From Eledone cirrhosa (lineage: Eukaryota), in NCBI GenBank assembly GCA_964016885.1, contig OZ024742.1, positions 59,086,001 to 59,150,000 of the forward strand: a DNA stretch of 64,000 nt, given 5' to 3'. The notes below the pieces were generated by a model. The model was not told the DNA's origin and searched no databases. It worked only from the letters and a program-made list of their open reading frames with translations. Made by a program: the position numbers and the translations under genes. How positions within the stretch are numbered: the first letter of the stretch is position 1; each line of letters starts with the position of its first letter. Positions 25,890 through 37,945 of this stretch are shown in pieces.

Positions 25890-26335
25890 TCGTCGCCCAC
25901 TTATTCCTGAAAGGCTCGTTGGGGGTAGAGTCCTCAAACACTCCTTCCAGCGGCTCCTGTCAGAAGCAACCGTCTCCAATTGATCTGGCTGGATCTCTAA
26001 GCAAGAACAGCCAAGTTCATGGATGTTATCCAAACATCTTTCTCATGGTCTACGCCAGGGTTTTGTGCCAGTTGCTTTTGTCCGTAAAATCTATTTAACT
26101 ATTCTTTACTGAGACATTCTAACTAGTTGCTTGTAATAGCGGCACTACCTGGAGTGACTCTCTGATCTCCGAGCTATGCACGCTATCGAGTAACGTTACT
26201 CCAAAGACATTTCAGAGGAACTCAATTTCCGCCTCTTGTATTCGACATCATATTATTTCGGTCATTATCCAAAATTCAGGAACATAGGTAAAGGTTGGCA
26301 CGAATACCGAATTGAAGATATCATAAAGCTGCATC
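25890..26335 (-). mobile_element. Decayed RTE-clade LINE 3' end
   Basis: GVTLLDSVHSSEIRESLQV..DNIHELG..LETVASDRSRWKECLRTLPP, with multiple stops. Confidence 0.7.
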
Positions 26336-26720
26336 TCTTATATTTATATGCGTCATACGTATTTATATACGACATAACTGTATAAAGTTAGTTGCTTTTT
26401 TTCTATTATCGTTTGAGAATCGGCAATTCTGAAAATATTTGTTTTACATACACATATATTTGTATATATGTGTGCGTGTGTATATTTGTATATATGTGTG
26501 CATGTATATATGTGAGTGTGTATGTGTCTGCGAGTATGCGTGTGTCCGCATGTGTAGAAAAAAAAATAAGGAGGGCAAGTACTCAAAATATATAGTAGCG
26601 TTTATTTATTCGCTCGAAGCTGAAACTTTACTCGGCCGCTATTTAGAATTTTCCACACTTTGCAAGCTTGCGGGCAAATATATAAACCTATATGTACACC
26701 AACTACGCATGAGCCCACAC

Positions 26721-26771
<51 letters not shown>

Positions 26772-26773
<2 letters not shown>

Positions 26774-26875
26774 CGGCGCAATTGTTCCGGATCACGGTGC
26801 TCTGAGTTTAAATCCCACCGGGATCAACTTTACCTTTCATCTTTTCGAGATCGATAAATAAAGTACCAATTCAGT
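26772..26875 (+). mobile_element. Main-family SINE remnant on the plus strand
   Basis: GAGTTTAAATCC..AACTTTACCTTTCATCTTTTCGAGATCGATAAATAAAGTACC. Confidence 0.6.
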
Positions 26876-27588
26876 AGTCTATCTATTTGTTTTTATCTCC
26901 ACTTCTTTCTCTTTCTCTGAAAGAAATCAAATCAGCTCTGTGCCGATCTTGAGTAGAATGGGCTCCGCTAGGTTTAAAATACCCAACACATGCTGTGTGT
27001 CAGGACAGTGCCCTTACGATTCCAAGAATTAAGGGCCCCTTTTAATGTATTTTTATACACAGACACATATGTATTTCATATGTTTTGTTGCCACACCTTT
27101 CTTAACATTATATGATTTATTTTATTTTTGTTTATTTCTACCTATATTTATTTATATTAATATATCTGTTCTGTTTTGTCCTGTTTTTTTTTGTCGCATC
27201 TATTTTAATGTATTTTTTTCGTGTCTTATTCCATGACTATGTTTATTTTGCCCGTCAACAGCCACCCAGATCCAGGTCATATATTGAAAAATAATTAAAC
27301 TCTCTCGCTCTTCACTAAATTGTTGCAAGATCCAGTCAATTGAAACGCTGAAAAAAAATGGCGCCAGAAATATCAGGTCTGTATAAAAGATATGGAACGA
27401 AAAAAAGGAGAAAGAAAAAAGAATATATGAAAGAGATTCAGGAGAAGAATGAAAGAAATTTTATCTATTTATTTATGCATTTCTATATTTAGTTCTTTTT
27501 TTTTTGTTGTTGTCAATGTAATCTGTTGCAATTATATTATGCACAGTTACCTACATATGATATATATGAATGCGTATATGTGTATGCT

Positions 27589-27619
<31 letters not shown>

Positions 27620-27771
27620 GAATGGTGTGTGCATGCGCGTATGGTGTCCGTATGTGCGTTAGTGTGCACAGTGCGGAGAATAGAGGCATATATATATATA
27701 TATACATATATAATCCTCGAATATAGCCGTCGAAACGGCTTGAGCTCTGCCGTCGGGGTCTTGAACATTTT

Positions 27772-27805
<34 letters not shown>

Positions 27806-27847
27806 AATATATATATATAAATTATATATATATTATATATAATCCTC

Positions 27848-27929
<82 letters not shown>

Positions 27930-27969
27930 GATATTAATAAATGGAAACTATATTTATGAAACCATATTT

Positions 27970-28027
27970 ATTCTATTATATATATTTCAAGGATACTAAA
28001 ACTTTGGTATGCCCTCATCAGATAAAA
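27970..28027 (-). ncRNA. Minimal type I hammerhead in a PLE terminal fragment (27927-28060)
   Basis: Reverse complement: ATTTTAT-CTGATGA-GGGCATAC..GTATCCTT-GAAA-TATATA-TA-ATAGAAT. Flanks are homologous to 32200-32345. Confidence 0.7.
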
Positions 28028-28179
28028 TACAAAGTTTCTTTTATAAATATTGACATATCCAGGAAGGAGATCTTAACGGTTCAAGTTTTTCTTGAATTAC
28101 CAACAAATTAGATATCCCTTTTGCTTATATATATATAAATATATAAATTATATATTATATATAATCCTCGTATATATAT

Positions 28180-28623
28180 CGTAAAGACCTGAAGATACGC
28201 CTCTTCATTGCTGTAGTGGAGTCTGTGCTGCTGTACGAGTCTGAGACTTGGACACTAACCAAGAAACTCACTCAGATGGTGGATGGGTGCTACACGAGAA
28301 TGTTGAGGATGGCTCTGAACATTAATCAGTATACACTGAAGATGAAGAACTCAGAGCTGTATGGGAGCCTCCCAAAAGTCAGCTCAAACGTGACACAGAG
28401 GAGACTGAGGTTAGCTGGACATGCTCACCGACATCCAGAGTTGACATTGCACTCAGTGCTCCTGTGGGAGCCCCTACATGGACACACTGGAAGAGGAAGA
28501 CCAAGGTTAACGTATGTTGATGCCCTAAGGAGAGACACTGGTCTGTTGGAGACGCAGGACATGGCAGCGATAATGAGGGACAGAGAACTCGTCCATGGAT
28601 CTCGGGAATTTTACCCGCACTAG
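28180..28623 (+). mobile_element. 5'-truncated RTE/RTE-X-type LINE 3' end
   Basis: ESVLLYESETWTLT..YTRMLR..RRLRLAGH..GRGRP..DTGL; flanked by (TA)n. Confidence 0.85.
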
Positions 28624-28658
28624 AATATATATATATATATATATATATATGAAGTAGG

Positions 28659-28830
28659 AACGATCGACTTTCGTCAAATCGGACCGAGGAAACAATGTTT
28701 CCGCTGGTCTTTCCAATTGCTAATACTATCTATCGGTCGCAACTCCAGGTAGAAGGAGCAACGTGTAATAAAGTGTCTTGCTCAAGGACATAACGCATCG
28801 CCTGGTCCAGGAATCGAACTCACAACCTCC
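28659..28830 (-). mobile_element. tRNA-derived CORE-type SINE (second family)
   Basis: Reverse complement has B-box GAGTTCGATTCC and CORE-like GTCCTTGAGCAAGACACTT; tail shared with 11096-11260. Confidence 0.75.
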
Positions 28831-29129
28831 CTCGTATATATGCTATATGAATCCTAGACTAAAAAAATTAAATACGTTCAACGTTATTGCCGTCTTTATT
28901 GACGGCACGGCTCCACTTGTAATATTATAAATATGGCATGTTCTGACTTAACAGAAAAAACCCCCCGATTGTTGGGTTGACGTTAGATTGGAAAGACAAT
29001 ATTGAATATGAACACGTAGAGAAGAGTAAAAATATGAAAGCCAATGTGCGGTGATTTCAGAAGATATCGCGAGTTTCTGGTTAAATCCACGACGGCCTAT
29101 TTTTTCCTTTAATTAATCTTTCTATTTCT

Positions 29130-29360
29130 GACACAATGTCCTTGGATAGCAACAAGCATAGAACTAAAGATCTGTGTTGCCATCGGTAACAAATTTTCTA
29201 GGATGTGGTGGTGGTGGTGGGGCAATATAAAATAATAACGAAAAACCTTCGCTATTTCTTTTTTTATGAAGCATGTGTCCTTTACTGACGAAGGATATTT
29301 AGATTCTTCACATGAATATTGTTGTGATATCGTGAGCTTCTGGTTATATTCATGACGGTC
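29130..29360. repeat. Unclassified interspersed repeat, related to 36550-36750
   Basis: Shared CCTGGAYAGCAACAAGCAT..G-rich tract..CTTCGCTATTT..GCATSTGTC. Confidence 0.6.
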
Positions 29361-29765
29361 TATCTAGCTGGCAATAGACTTAGAAAGGATAGCAGTGCTG
29401 CACTTCACACACTGCAAGGTGAGCAGAGAATACTCTGTCATAGATATAACAGAGTGGTATGAGAGAAAGACTATAATTAAGAGCGAACACCAAAAACTCA
29501 GCAAATAATTAAACAAAATAGTTGGAGATATTAGCAATCTTACTCCCTTACGCCCCCAACTACCTAAACACATACATGTATTTAAGGTTCTTTTCTAGTA
29601 CCCATTGTCTTATGCTATACGTTTTTAATGCTGTGCGATCTTCGAGTTGCGAAAGACTTATGAATATAAGAAATATATTATAAACATGTTAGGATTCTAA
29701 CAACATATGTCTAAAGGAAAAGATATTCCCTACACAAACACACACACATGTACACACACACAGCG

Positions 29766-29839
<74 letters not shown>

Positions 29840-30446
29840 ACACACACACACACACACAAACAAACACAGACACACAAATACACACAAACACTCACACACA
29901 AACACATCAGATCTTTTAAAAAGGAAAGGCCAGATTTAATGGAGTCACAATATATATTTATCTGTACTGTTTCCATACTCTATTTGAACAATTGTTATTA
30001 CGGCCCGACATCGCGGGTCAGTCACAAAACTGGAAGTTCAGCAATAGAACACTGCTCCCAAAATAAACAAACAAATAAATAAATAAACAAGAAAAAACCA
30101 AAAACACACACGTACATATGAAGTATTTGAGGATATCTTGGTAATTTTCGGTTACCTAATACTTCATAACACAGCAGGATTGATAAGAATAGAAAGTAGG
30201 CTGTCAGCAAAACCAAACCGTTTTTACAAAATAAAAATAAAAATAAATAAATAAATAAATACATAAATAATAGTAATAATAATAAAGATAATAATAATAA
30301 GAAATAAACAAGTAAAATTGTGTCGAGGTGGAGGAGGTGGTTGTAAAAAAGTATTTCAAAGGAATATTTCTATTGAAACCACAAGAATAAGAAAAAGAAC
30401 AAGAATATAGAACATTCTGTCCCAGAAGGCCAATCAAAAGAAATAA

Positions 30447-30595
30447 TTGTTTCTACTTTTGGCACAAGGCCAGCAATTATTCCAGTGTATTACTGGTACT
30501 TTATTTTATCGACCCGTTAAGGATGAAAGGCAAAGTTAACCTCGGCGGGTCTTGAACTCAGTCCGTAAAGGGACGTAACTGTGCTACAAAGCATA
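30447..30595 (-). mobile_element. Main-family SINE
   Basis: Family core and 3' end TGTTTCTACTTTTGGCACAAGGCC. Confidence 0.85.
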
Positions 30596-30754
30596 AATAA
30601 TGGCAACTTCTTCATTCCGTTCAAACAAGTGTTACCAATTTCTTATCGTCCTTATTGCAATGGTGGAGTATTCCAAGTGTGATTTACGACTAGACTGAGG
30701 TATATTTCGGTGCGTGTATGTGTAAATGTATGTAAGTGCGGTATGTAAACATAC

Positions 30755-30811
<57 letters not shown>

Positions 30812-30998
30812 CGAGTAAATATTTATACATACATACATGCAAACACACACACACACACACACACTAGCATATATATAAATGCTTACGTATATATGTAAAG
30901 TTTGCATTGATGTATGTATATGAGGGATGGATAGATGTATGAGTAAATATGCATATATGTATATATGTATATATGTATACACACACACACACGCACAC

Positions 30999-31029
<31 letters not shown>

Positions 31030-31048
31030 GTGTATATATATATATATG

Positions 31049-31083
<35 letters not shown>

Positions 31084-31477
31084 ATATATATATATATATA
31101 TATGCATACGTATATATATATATGAGTGAATTTAAGTGGGGATACAACAAAGAATTTTTCAGATCTTTCAGGTCCAAATCATTTAAGTTCACGGCGTTCG
31201 TTTGGTTGCTCCATTTCATCTGGTTCGTACTGACTGCAAAGTGTGTATGACTTTACCCCGTAAAAAAAAAAAAAAAAGGAAACAAAGGACTAACAAAAAA
31301 AAAAAAAAATAGAAAAAGTTAACTTATGAGGTGGCGTGACCCACCCCTGCTTGCAAACACCAATATATTTCACAGACAGAGACATTTAGACACAGACCGA
31401 AAGAGTTACAGATAGAGATAAAGACAGACCGACAGAGACTAGTCGACAGACAGAGCGAGTGACAAATAGACAGAAGG

Positions 31478-31519
<42 letters not shown>

Positions 31520-31550
31520 AGATCAAAAGATGGTTAAAAGAGTTCCAAGC

Positions 31551-31619
31551 ATTTTATTATGCGCATTTCAAAAACAAATATCATCATGGGGTGATATTTG
31601 CGTTCTCATCAGATAAAAT
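31551..31619 (-). ncRNA. Minimal type I hammerhead ribozyme
   Basis: Reverse complement: ATTTTAT-CTGATGA-GAACGCAAATATCA..TGATATTTGTTTTT-GAAA-TGCGCA-TA-ATAAAAT. Confidence 0.75.
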
Positions 31620-31728
31620 AGGGAGACATGATATGAACTTGTGAGCAGTGAAGTTGTAAATCAACATATATGTTGATTTAAAACTTCACTGCTCACAAGT
31701 GGTTTTTAAGCTTCATATTATGTCTCCC

Positions 31729-31808
31729 TATTTTATCTGATGAGAACGCAAATATCATCCCATGATGATATTGATGATATTTGTTTTTGAAATGCGCATA
31801 ATAAAATA
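31729..31808 (+). ncRNA. Minimal type I hammerhead ribozyme
   Basis: 8-bp stem I TATTTTAT/ATAAAATA; CTGATGA; long stem II; GAAA; palindromic stem III TGCGCA; AUA site. Confidence 0.78.
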
Positions 31809-31869
31809 CTTGGAACTCTTTTAACCATCTTTTGATCTTATATTATTTATACTCCAGTCCTATATATAT

Positions 31870-31945
<76 letters not shown>

Positions 31946-32040
31946 TAAAATAAATATTTGCTCTACTGTTCTTATATATTTGATATATATTTATCCTTAT
32001 CGAGCCCTCTTTGGATTTTAGTCTTCACATTTATTATTAT

Positions 32041-32110
<70 letters not shown>

Positions 32111-32241
32111 AGAAGTTCTATTTAAATTGTTGGGATACAACAAGCAAATATTTTTATAACTGATATAAAGCACTCAACAAATTATTGGAGTAAAAATACG
32201 ATATATTAACAAATGGAAACTATATTTATAAAACCATATTT

Positions 32242-32304
32242 ATTTCATTATACATATTTCAAGGACACCAAGTTAAATTATGGTGTGCTTTCATCAGATA
32301 AAAT
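32242..32304 (-). ncRNA. Minimal type I hammerhead in the PLE 3' terminal region
   Basis: Reverse complement: ATTTTAT-CTGATGA-AAGCACACCA..TGGTGTCCTT-GAAA-TATGTA-TA-ATGAAAT. Confidence 0.72.
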
Positions 32305-33996
32305 ATAATATAGAGCAGTTTTATAAATAAATATTGACATACCCTTAAAGAATGCGACCATTTCTGTTGGAAGCTCCCGGATAGTGGGGTTATAAATTTA
32401 TTTATACTATTATGTAAATTAGTTTCGGATATTTTAAAATCAGAGTAGATTTAAATAAGCGGTTGGGTTATGGAGAAAGAGAGAGATAAACAAAAAAGAG
32501 AGGTAGAAAAAAGAGAAAAAAGAGAAAAAAGAGCAAACTTTAAGAGGAAAATAAGAAAATAAGAAAAGGAGAAAGAGAAGAAAAAAGAAAAGAAAAAAGT
32601 GAAAGCGAAAGCTCTAAGTAATAGGTTGTTGTATTAGCTTAACTTTTGAGATGAAGTGAAAGAATAAATATTTAATGGATGAGTAGAGAAGTTTAAATAA
32701 GCGTGAATGGAAAATACATAAATAATAGGAGAATTTAACCATTGTTTAAACATGATTAAATGTTTAGTTTATCAATTAGATTATTGAGATCTATACATTA
32801 AAAAATTGAGATCTATATATTATTAAGAAATCTATATATTATTAAGACTATATATTATTAAAAAATCTATATTTTATTAAAAGAATATATTCATATATAT
32901 ACATACGTACACACAGATATATATACATATAAATATATATACATACACCTACATATAGATACATATACATACAAACAATAAAGGATTTTTTAATTTAAGA
33001 TATAGGAATTTTCATAAAGTAATAGATTTTCGGAGAAAAAACAGAGAAAATCATTTCTATGTAATATCGAAACAGCGTGAAGGAAATTAAGTTATTTACT
33101 TATATTAAATGTTACAAATGTTAAGATAGTAAAGGAAATTTTAGGTTATACAAATCTTATGTTATTATACAAATTTATTTTAATATAAGTTTTATATCTA
33201 ATAAATCCACCTGTTATGTAGTTGTGACTGTTATTATATAAGTTTGTTTATCACGAACCTTAATAAAATCCTTCTAAACGAGAGCATTCGAATTGTATGC
33301 ATATATATATATACACACAATCCCCACATAGATACACATAGACGTACTTACACATACAGGTAGATATGCATCACACATATATATATACATACATACACAC
33401 ACACACATATATATATATATACATACATATATATATATACACATATAGAGAGATATAAATACAGTACATAGTATAATTGAAGTACATAATATATATAATA
33501 TAAAATAAAATAAAATAAAATAAAATAAAATAAAATAAAATAAAATAAAATAAAATAAAATAAAAAATAAAAATGAATTATATTACGATTTGGAAATATA
33601 ACTATAAGCAATATAACTTTAAATCAATATAATTTAAAAAAATATTATAGAATATTTCAAGTTATAATTTTAAAATAAGAATATGTTTAATAGATTCAGT
33701 ATAAACATTTAAATTTTCTATATAATATTTAGTTCTCAGTATGTTTAACTTAATTTTATAGCCATAAGAAAAAGAAAGAGAAACTTTCAAAAGAGAAACT
33801 TTCAAATAAAATATTTTCCCCTTTTAAGAGCTTTCAGTATATTTCTCTAGAAGAATTTTTTATTTTTATTTATATTTATGAAAAAAAATCTTTTTTCTTT
33901 TTCTTTTTAAAAACTTTAGAGTTTAAGCAGTCAAATGAAGGAATCTAATGATTTATCGATAGGTTCAATATATTAATAGAATTAATTAATTATATA

Positions 33997-35330
33997 TTAC
34001 ATTTTAAATTTATATTTAAACGTTGAGTTCAATCTATGTCTGCAGCAACTGAATAAATTGTTCCTTAAGTTCAGGGAATTTTTGGTCTTTAATATAAAGA
34101 ATATTTCCTCTATACAAAGATCACAATTTTCTGAAGTGGAGTTAAAAGGAGTAGCTTTTGAAATAATATTCCAAAGCAACGAATATTTAACATTCTTTAA
34201 TTTGAGGTCCCATAATAAACTAGATAGAGAAGTTGAAGATTTTTTGTTTAGATGTGTAAAAGAGTTTTTATGGTTATTGAAACGGGATTTAAAATCTGTG
34301 GAAGTAGATACTACATAATTAAATGATTTTAAATTAGTTTTTACATTTCAATTATATACTATATTTTTAACTAAGCAATTGTTATTTAACGGACAGTTAG
34401 ATTTATTTCTACAGTTACATTTATCAAATTGGATATTGCTGGGGTTATTAGTGGTATTTTGGTTAGGTTTTAAATTTCTATTATTAATTCTATTAATATT
34501 TTGCGCTAAATTTTTGGTGGATGAATAAGTTAATTTTATAGTATGTCTATTAAAAATTGAGTAATATCTATGTGTTCTAGGGAAGCATTTGTCAAGAACT
34601 TTAAAGAATAGTTTAGCAATAGGGGTTTTAATATTTAATGAGAAAGGAGGAGCGAACCATAATATATTCCTAGTTCTATTTCTTTTTTTGTTTTCCGAAT
34701 TATTGTAAGGTTTTCTATTATAGTTGTTGAAATTGTTAAAATTGTTAAAATTGTTAAGATTATAGTTAGTTGTAATATTATTATTATCAATGTATTTAAT
34801 TTTATTTCTATACCCAGCTCTACCTAACGCTTCGTTGTAATAATGTGCTTTATCATCAAATATATTCTTATTAGCTGAAATTCTAGAAATGCGTTGCTGT
34901 ACAGAATTCACTATAGTATTTTTAACGGATCTGGGGTGATTAGAGTTAAAATTAACGTAGTTTAAGTTCTCGTTTAGTTTGTGAAATGGATAATGAAGAC
35001 ACGTGTTAAGGTTTAATGTTACATCTAGAAAGTTAACTATTTTATGGTTATTCTCTATTTCTACTTTTAGATTAAGGTAATTAAAGAATTGTATAATTTC
35101 TTTTCTTTTCTTATTTAATTTACAGTTATTAATTTCGATAAGTAAAAGCATGTCGTCACGATATAAACCTCCGGTCATCTCAGGCATTTTCCTATGTAGA
35201 GAATTATTTATAAAGAGGCCCACAAGATCCGTTTCCTGAGCGGAATCGGATGATCCCATAGTTATATCAAAGTTATTATTTCTATCTGCTCTAGTCCAGA
35301 GTTGGTTATTAAATTCTATTAATATTTTCC
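33997..35330 (-). pseudogene. PLE RT-GIY-YIG ORF remnant: a single frame with one internal TGA at 34348-34350
   Basis: ORFs 34348..35259 and 33997..34179 share a frame. The intervening DNA translates NVKTNLKSFNYVVSTSTDFKSRFNNHKNSF..SLSSLLWDLK. Confidence 0.85.
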
Positions 35331-36109
35331 TTTTTTATTTTTATTTTTAAAAACTTTAGAGTTTAAGCAGTCAAATGAAGGAATCTAATGATTTATCGAT
35401 AGGTTCAATATATTAATAGAATTAATTAATTATATATTACATTTTAAATTTATATTTAAACGTTGAGTTCAATCTATGTCTGCAGCAACTGAATAAATTG
35501 TTCCTTAAGTTCAGGGAATTTTTGGTCTTTAATATAAAGAATATTTCCTCTATACAAAGATCACAATTTTCTGAAGTGGAGTTAAAAGGAGTAGCTTTTG
35601 AAATAATATTCCAAAGCAACGATAATGTGCATTTCATTACGAGTTAAGTATGTATGTTTAAATGCGTATGTTAGTGCTTTATTAAGTAGATTAGGAGTGA
35701 TGGATGAGTAATAATTTGCAATATCCAATTGAATAAACTTATTATTATAGTTATATTTAATTTCCTTAAACCAATCGATAACTTCACTAGTTCCTTTCCA
35801 TAATTTTAAATAAGATAATTCCTTAATTTGTGGTATTATTCTGTCTAAAATATTCTTGCTAAGTCTGCCAAGGTCCGATTAAGATGGTGCAATTAATCTG
35901 ACTGATATATATATATAGAAAGAGAGAGTCTGAAAGAGGGAAATATACAGATAAAGACAGACTGATTTAGATTTGAGATAGAGACAGAGAGACAGAAAGA
36001 CACCCAGTGACAGAAAACCAAAGAGAGACGGACATGCAGATTGAGAAAGAGAAGGAGAGGAGGGAAAGAAACAGAAAGAAAAATATATAGAGAGAAAGAG
36101 AATGGGAGT

Positions 36110-36150
<41 letters not shown>

Positions 36151-36161
36151 CATGGGAGTGG

Positions 36162-36196
<35 letters not shown>

Positions 36197-36332
36197 GGAC
36201 TGAGAGAGTGAGAGATAGATAGATAGAGAGAGAGATAGATAGATAGATAGAGAGAGAGAGATAGAGAGAGAAGAGAGAGAGAGAGACAGAGAATCGGAGT
36301 GAGAGAGAGAGACATAGTGAGAAAGAGACAGA

Positions 36333-36378
<46 letters not shown>

Positions 36379-36626
36379 CACAATGAGAAACAGACACACA
36401 GGCAGACAGATAGATGAGAAAATAATGAAATTTTCAGTAAAAATATTTAGTCTTCCCTATTTCCGGCTTTCTTATTTTGGAATTCTTTAACAGAATTACC
36501 TTCTTTGTTTTGTTTTCCCCTTCAAACTTTTTTAAAAAATTTTTTTACTTAAAATCCCTGGACAGCAACAAGCATTGAGTTAAAGCTCTTTGTTACCATT
36601 CTTAACAGATTGTAAGGAGTGAGAAG

Positions 36627-36664
36627 TGGGGTGGGGTGGGGTGGGGTGGGGTGGGGTGGGGGGG
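36627..36664 (+). repeat. (GGGGT)n tract, potential G-quadruplex
   Basis: Seven consecutive runs of four or more G. Confidence 0.8.
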
Positions 36665-36873
36665 ACTATATAAGAACAACAAATAAATCTTCGCTATTTT
36701 TTTACGCAGCATCTGTCGTTCAGTGATCTATCTGACAAAGATTGTTTAGAATCTCATATGAAATACTTATTGAGGAATATTGATATAGTCGAGAAGAAGC
36801 CATAAGCAAACACATATACATCTGGATAATTAATATACTTGCGGTCCCTAAAGATTACGTACACACACACACA

Positions 36874-36997
<124 letters not shown>

Positions 36998-37144
36998 CAT
37001 GGGCGCTTGATGGGCTTTCCTGATGATTTCTCCCAAATGGAACAGTTCTAGTCCTGTAGAAGCCATTTCTATATTAAATATTTATACTCTGCTATGTAAC
37101 GAGTACCTTAATTACTGTGGTTACCGCCGATTGAACCCGGGATA

Positions 37145-37182
<38 letters not shown>

Positions 37183-37183
<1 letters not shown>

Positions 37184-37857
37184 ATAATAATAAATTTGAA
37201 GACTAAAATCCAAAGAGGGCTCGATAAGGATAAATATATATCAAATATATAAGAACCGTAGAGCAAATATTTATTAAAATAACAGATTAAAGTTTAAGCA
37301 AAGAATCACTGCTTTCACCCTTAACGGGATCTTCTGAAACTAACAAAGTCAATCTGTAAACGCAGAAGTGGATATTTCAAAAAACGTTGCAACCGGAGGA
37401 AGACAGGAAGACGATACTTTGGTTCGTGGAAACGTTCCCTGGCAAAGAACGGGAAAAAACGAATATAATACGTCATTAATAGGAGCGGTGAAAAACATTA
37501 CGTGCAAAGACAGAACCACGTTTATGGTATAAAAGAAGTCGTAGACTAATGTTCTCTTAGGTGGTTCATAGAGACGTTCTCTGGCAATGAACGGGAAAAA
37601 CGAAGATAATACGTCATATGTGGAGCGTGGACGGAGATTCATTCGGTTTCCTAGTTAGAATTTTAGTCTACGACTTCAGCTATACCATTTACGTGGTTTT
37701 GTCTTTGCGTGCAATTGTTCTCCACGCTCCACATATGACGTATTATCTTCGTTTTTCCCGTTCATTGCCAGAGAACGTCTCTATGAACCACCTAAAAGAA
37801 CATTAGTCTACGACTTCTTTTATACCATAAACGTGGTTCTGTCTTTGCGCGTAATTG

Positions 37858-37945
<88 letters not shown>

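Larger units (their letters stand above)
31513..31845. mobile_element. ~330-bp PLE-type fold-back palindrome carrying two opposed hammerheads, within (TA)n
   Basis: Arms are reverse complements about the centre ATCAACATATATGTTGAT (31660-31677). Confidence 0.85.
32111..35622 (-). mobile_element. 5'-truncated Penelope-like element (Hydra-clade-like) with partial tandem repeat and long 3'UTR
   Basis: RT motifs FDITMGS and LYRDD; linker CNCRNKSNCPL; GIY-YIG region IVY..YVV..FKSR; CDLCIEE; LN..CRHR. 33904-34182 is directly repeated at 35344-35622. Hammerhead near the 3' end. Confidence 0.9.
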
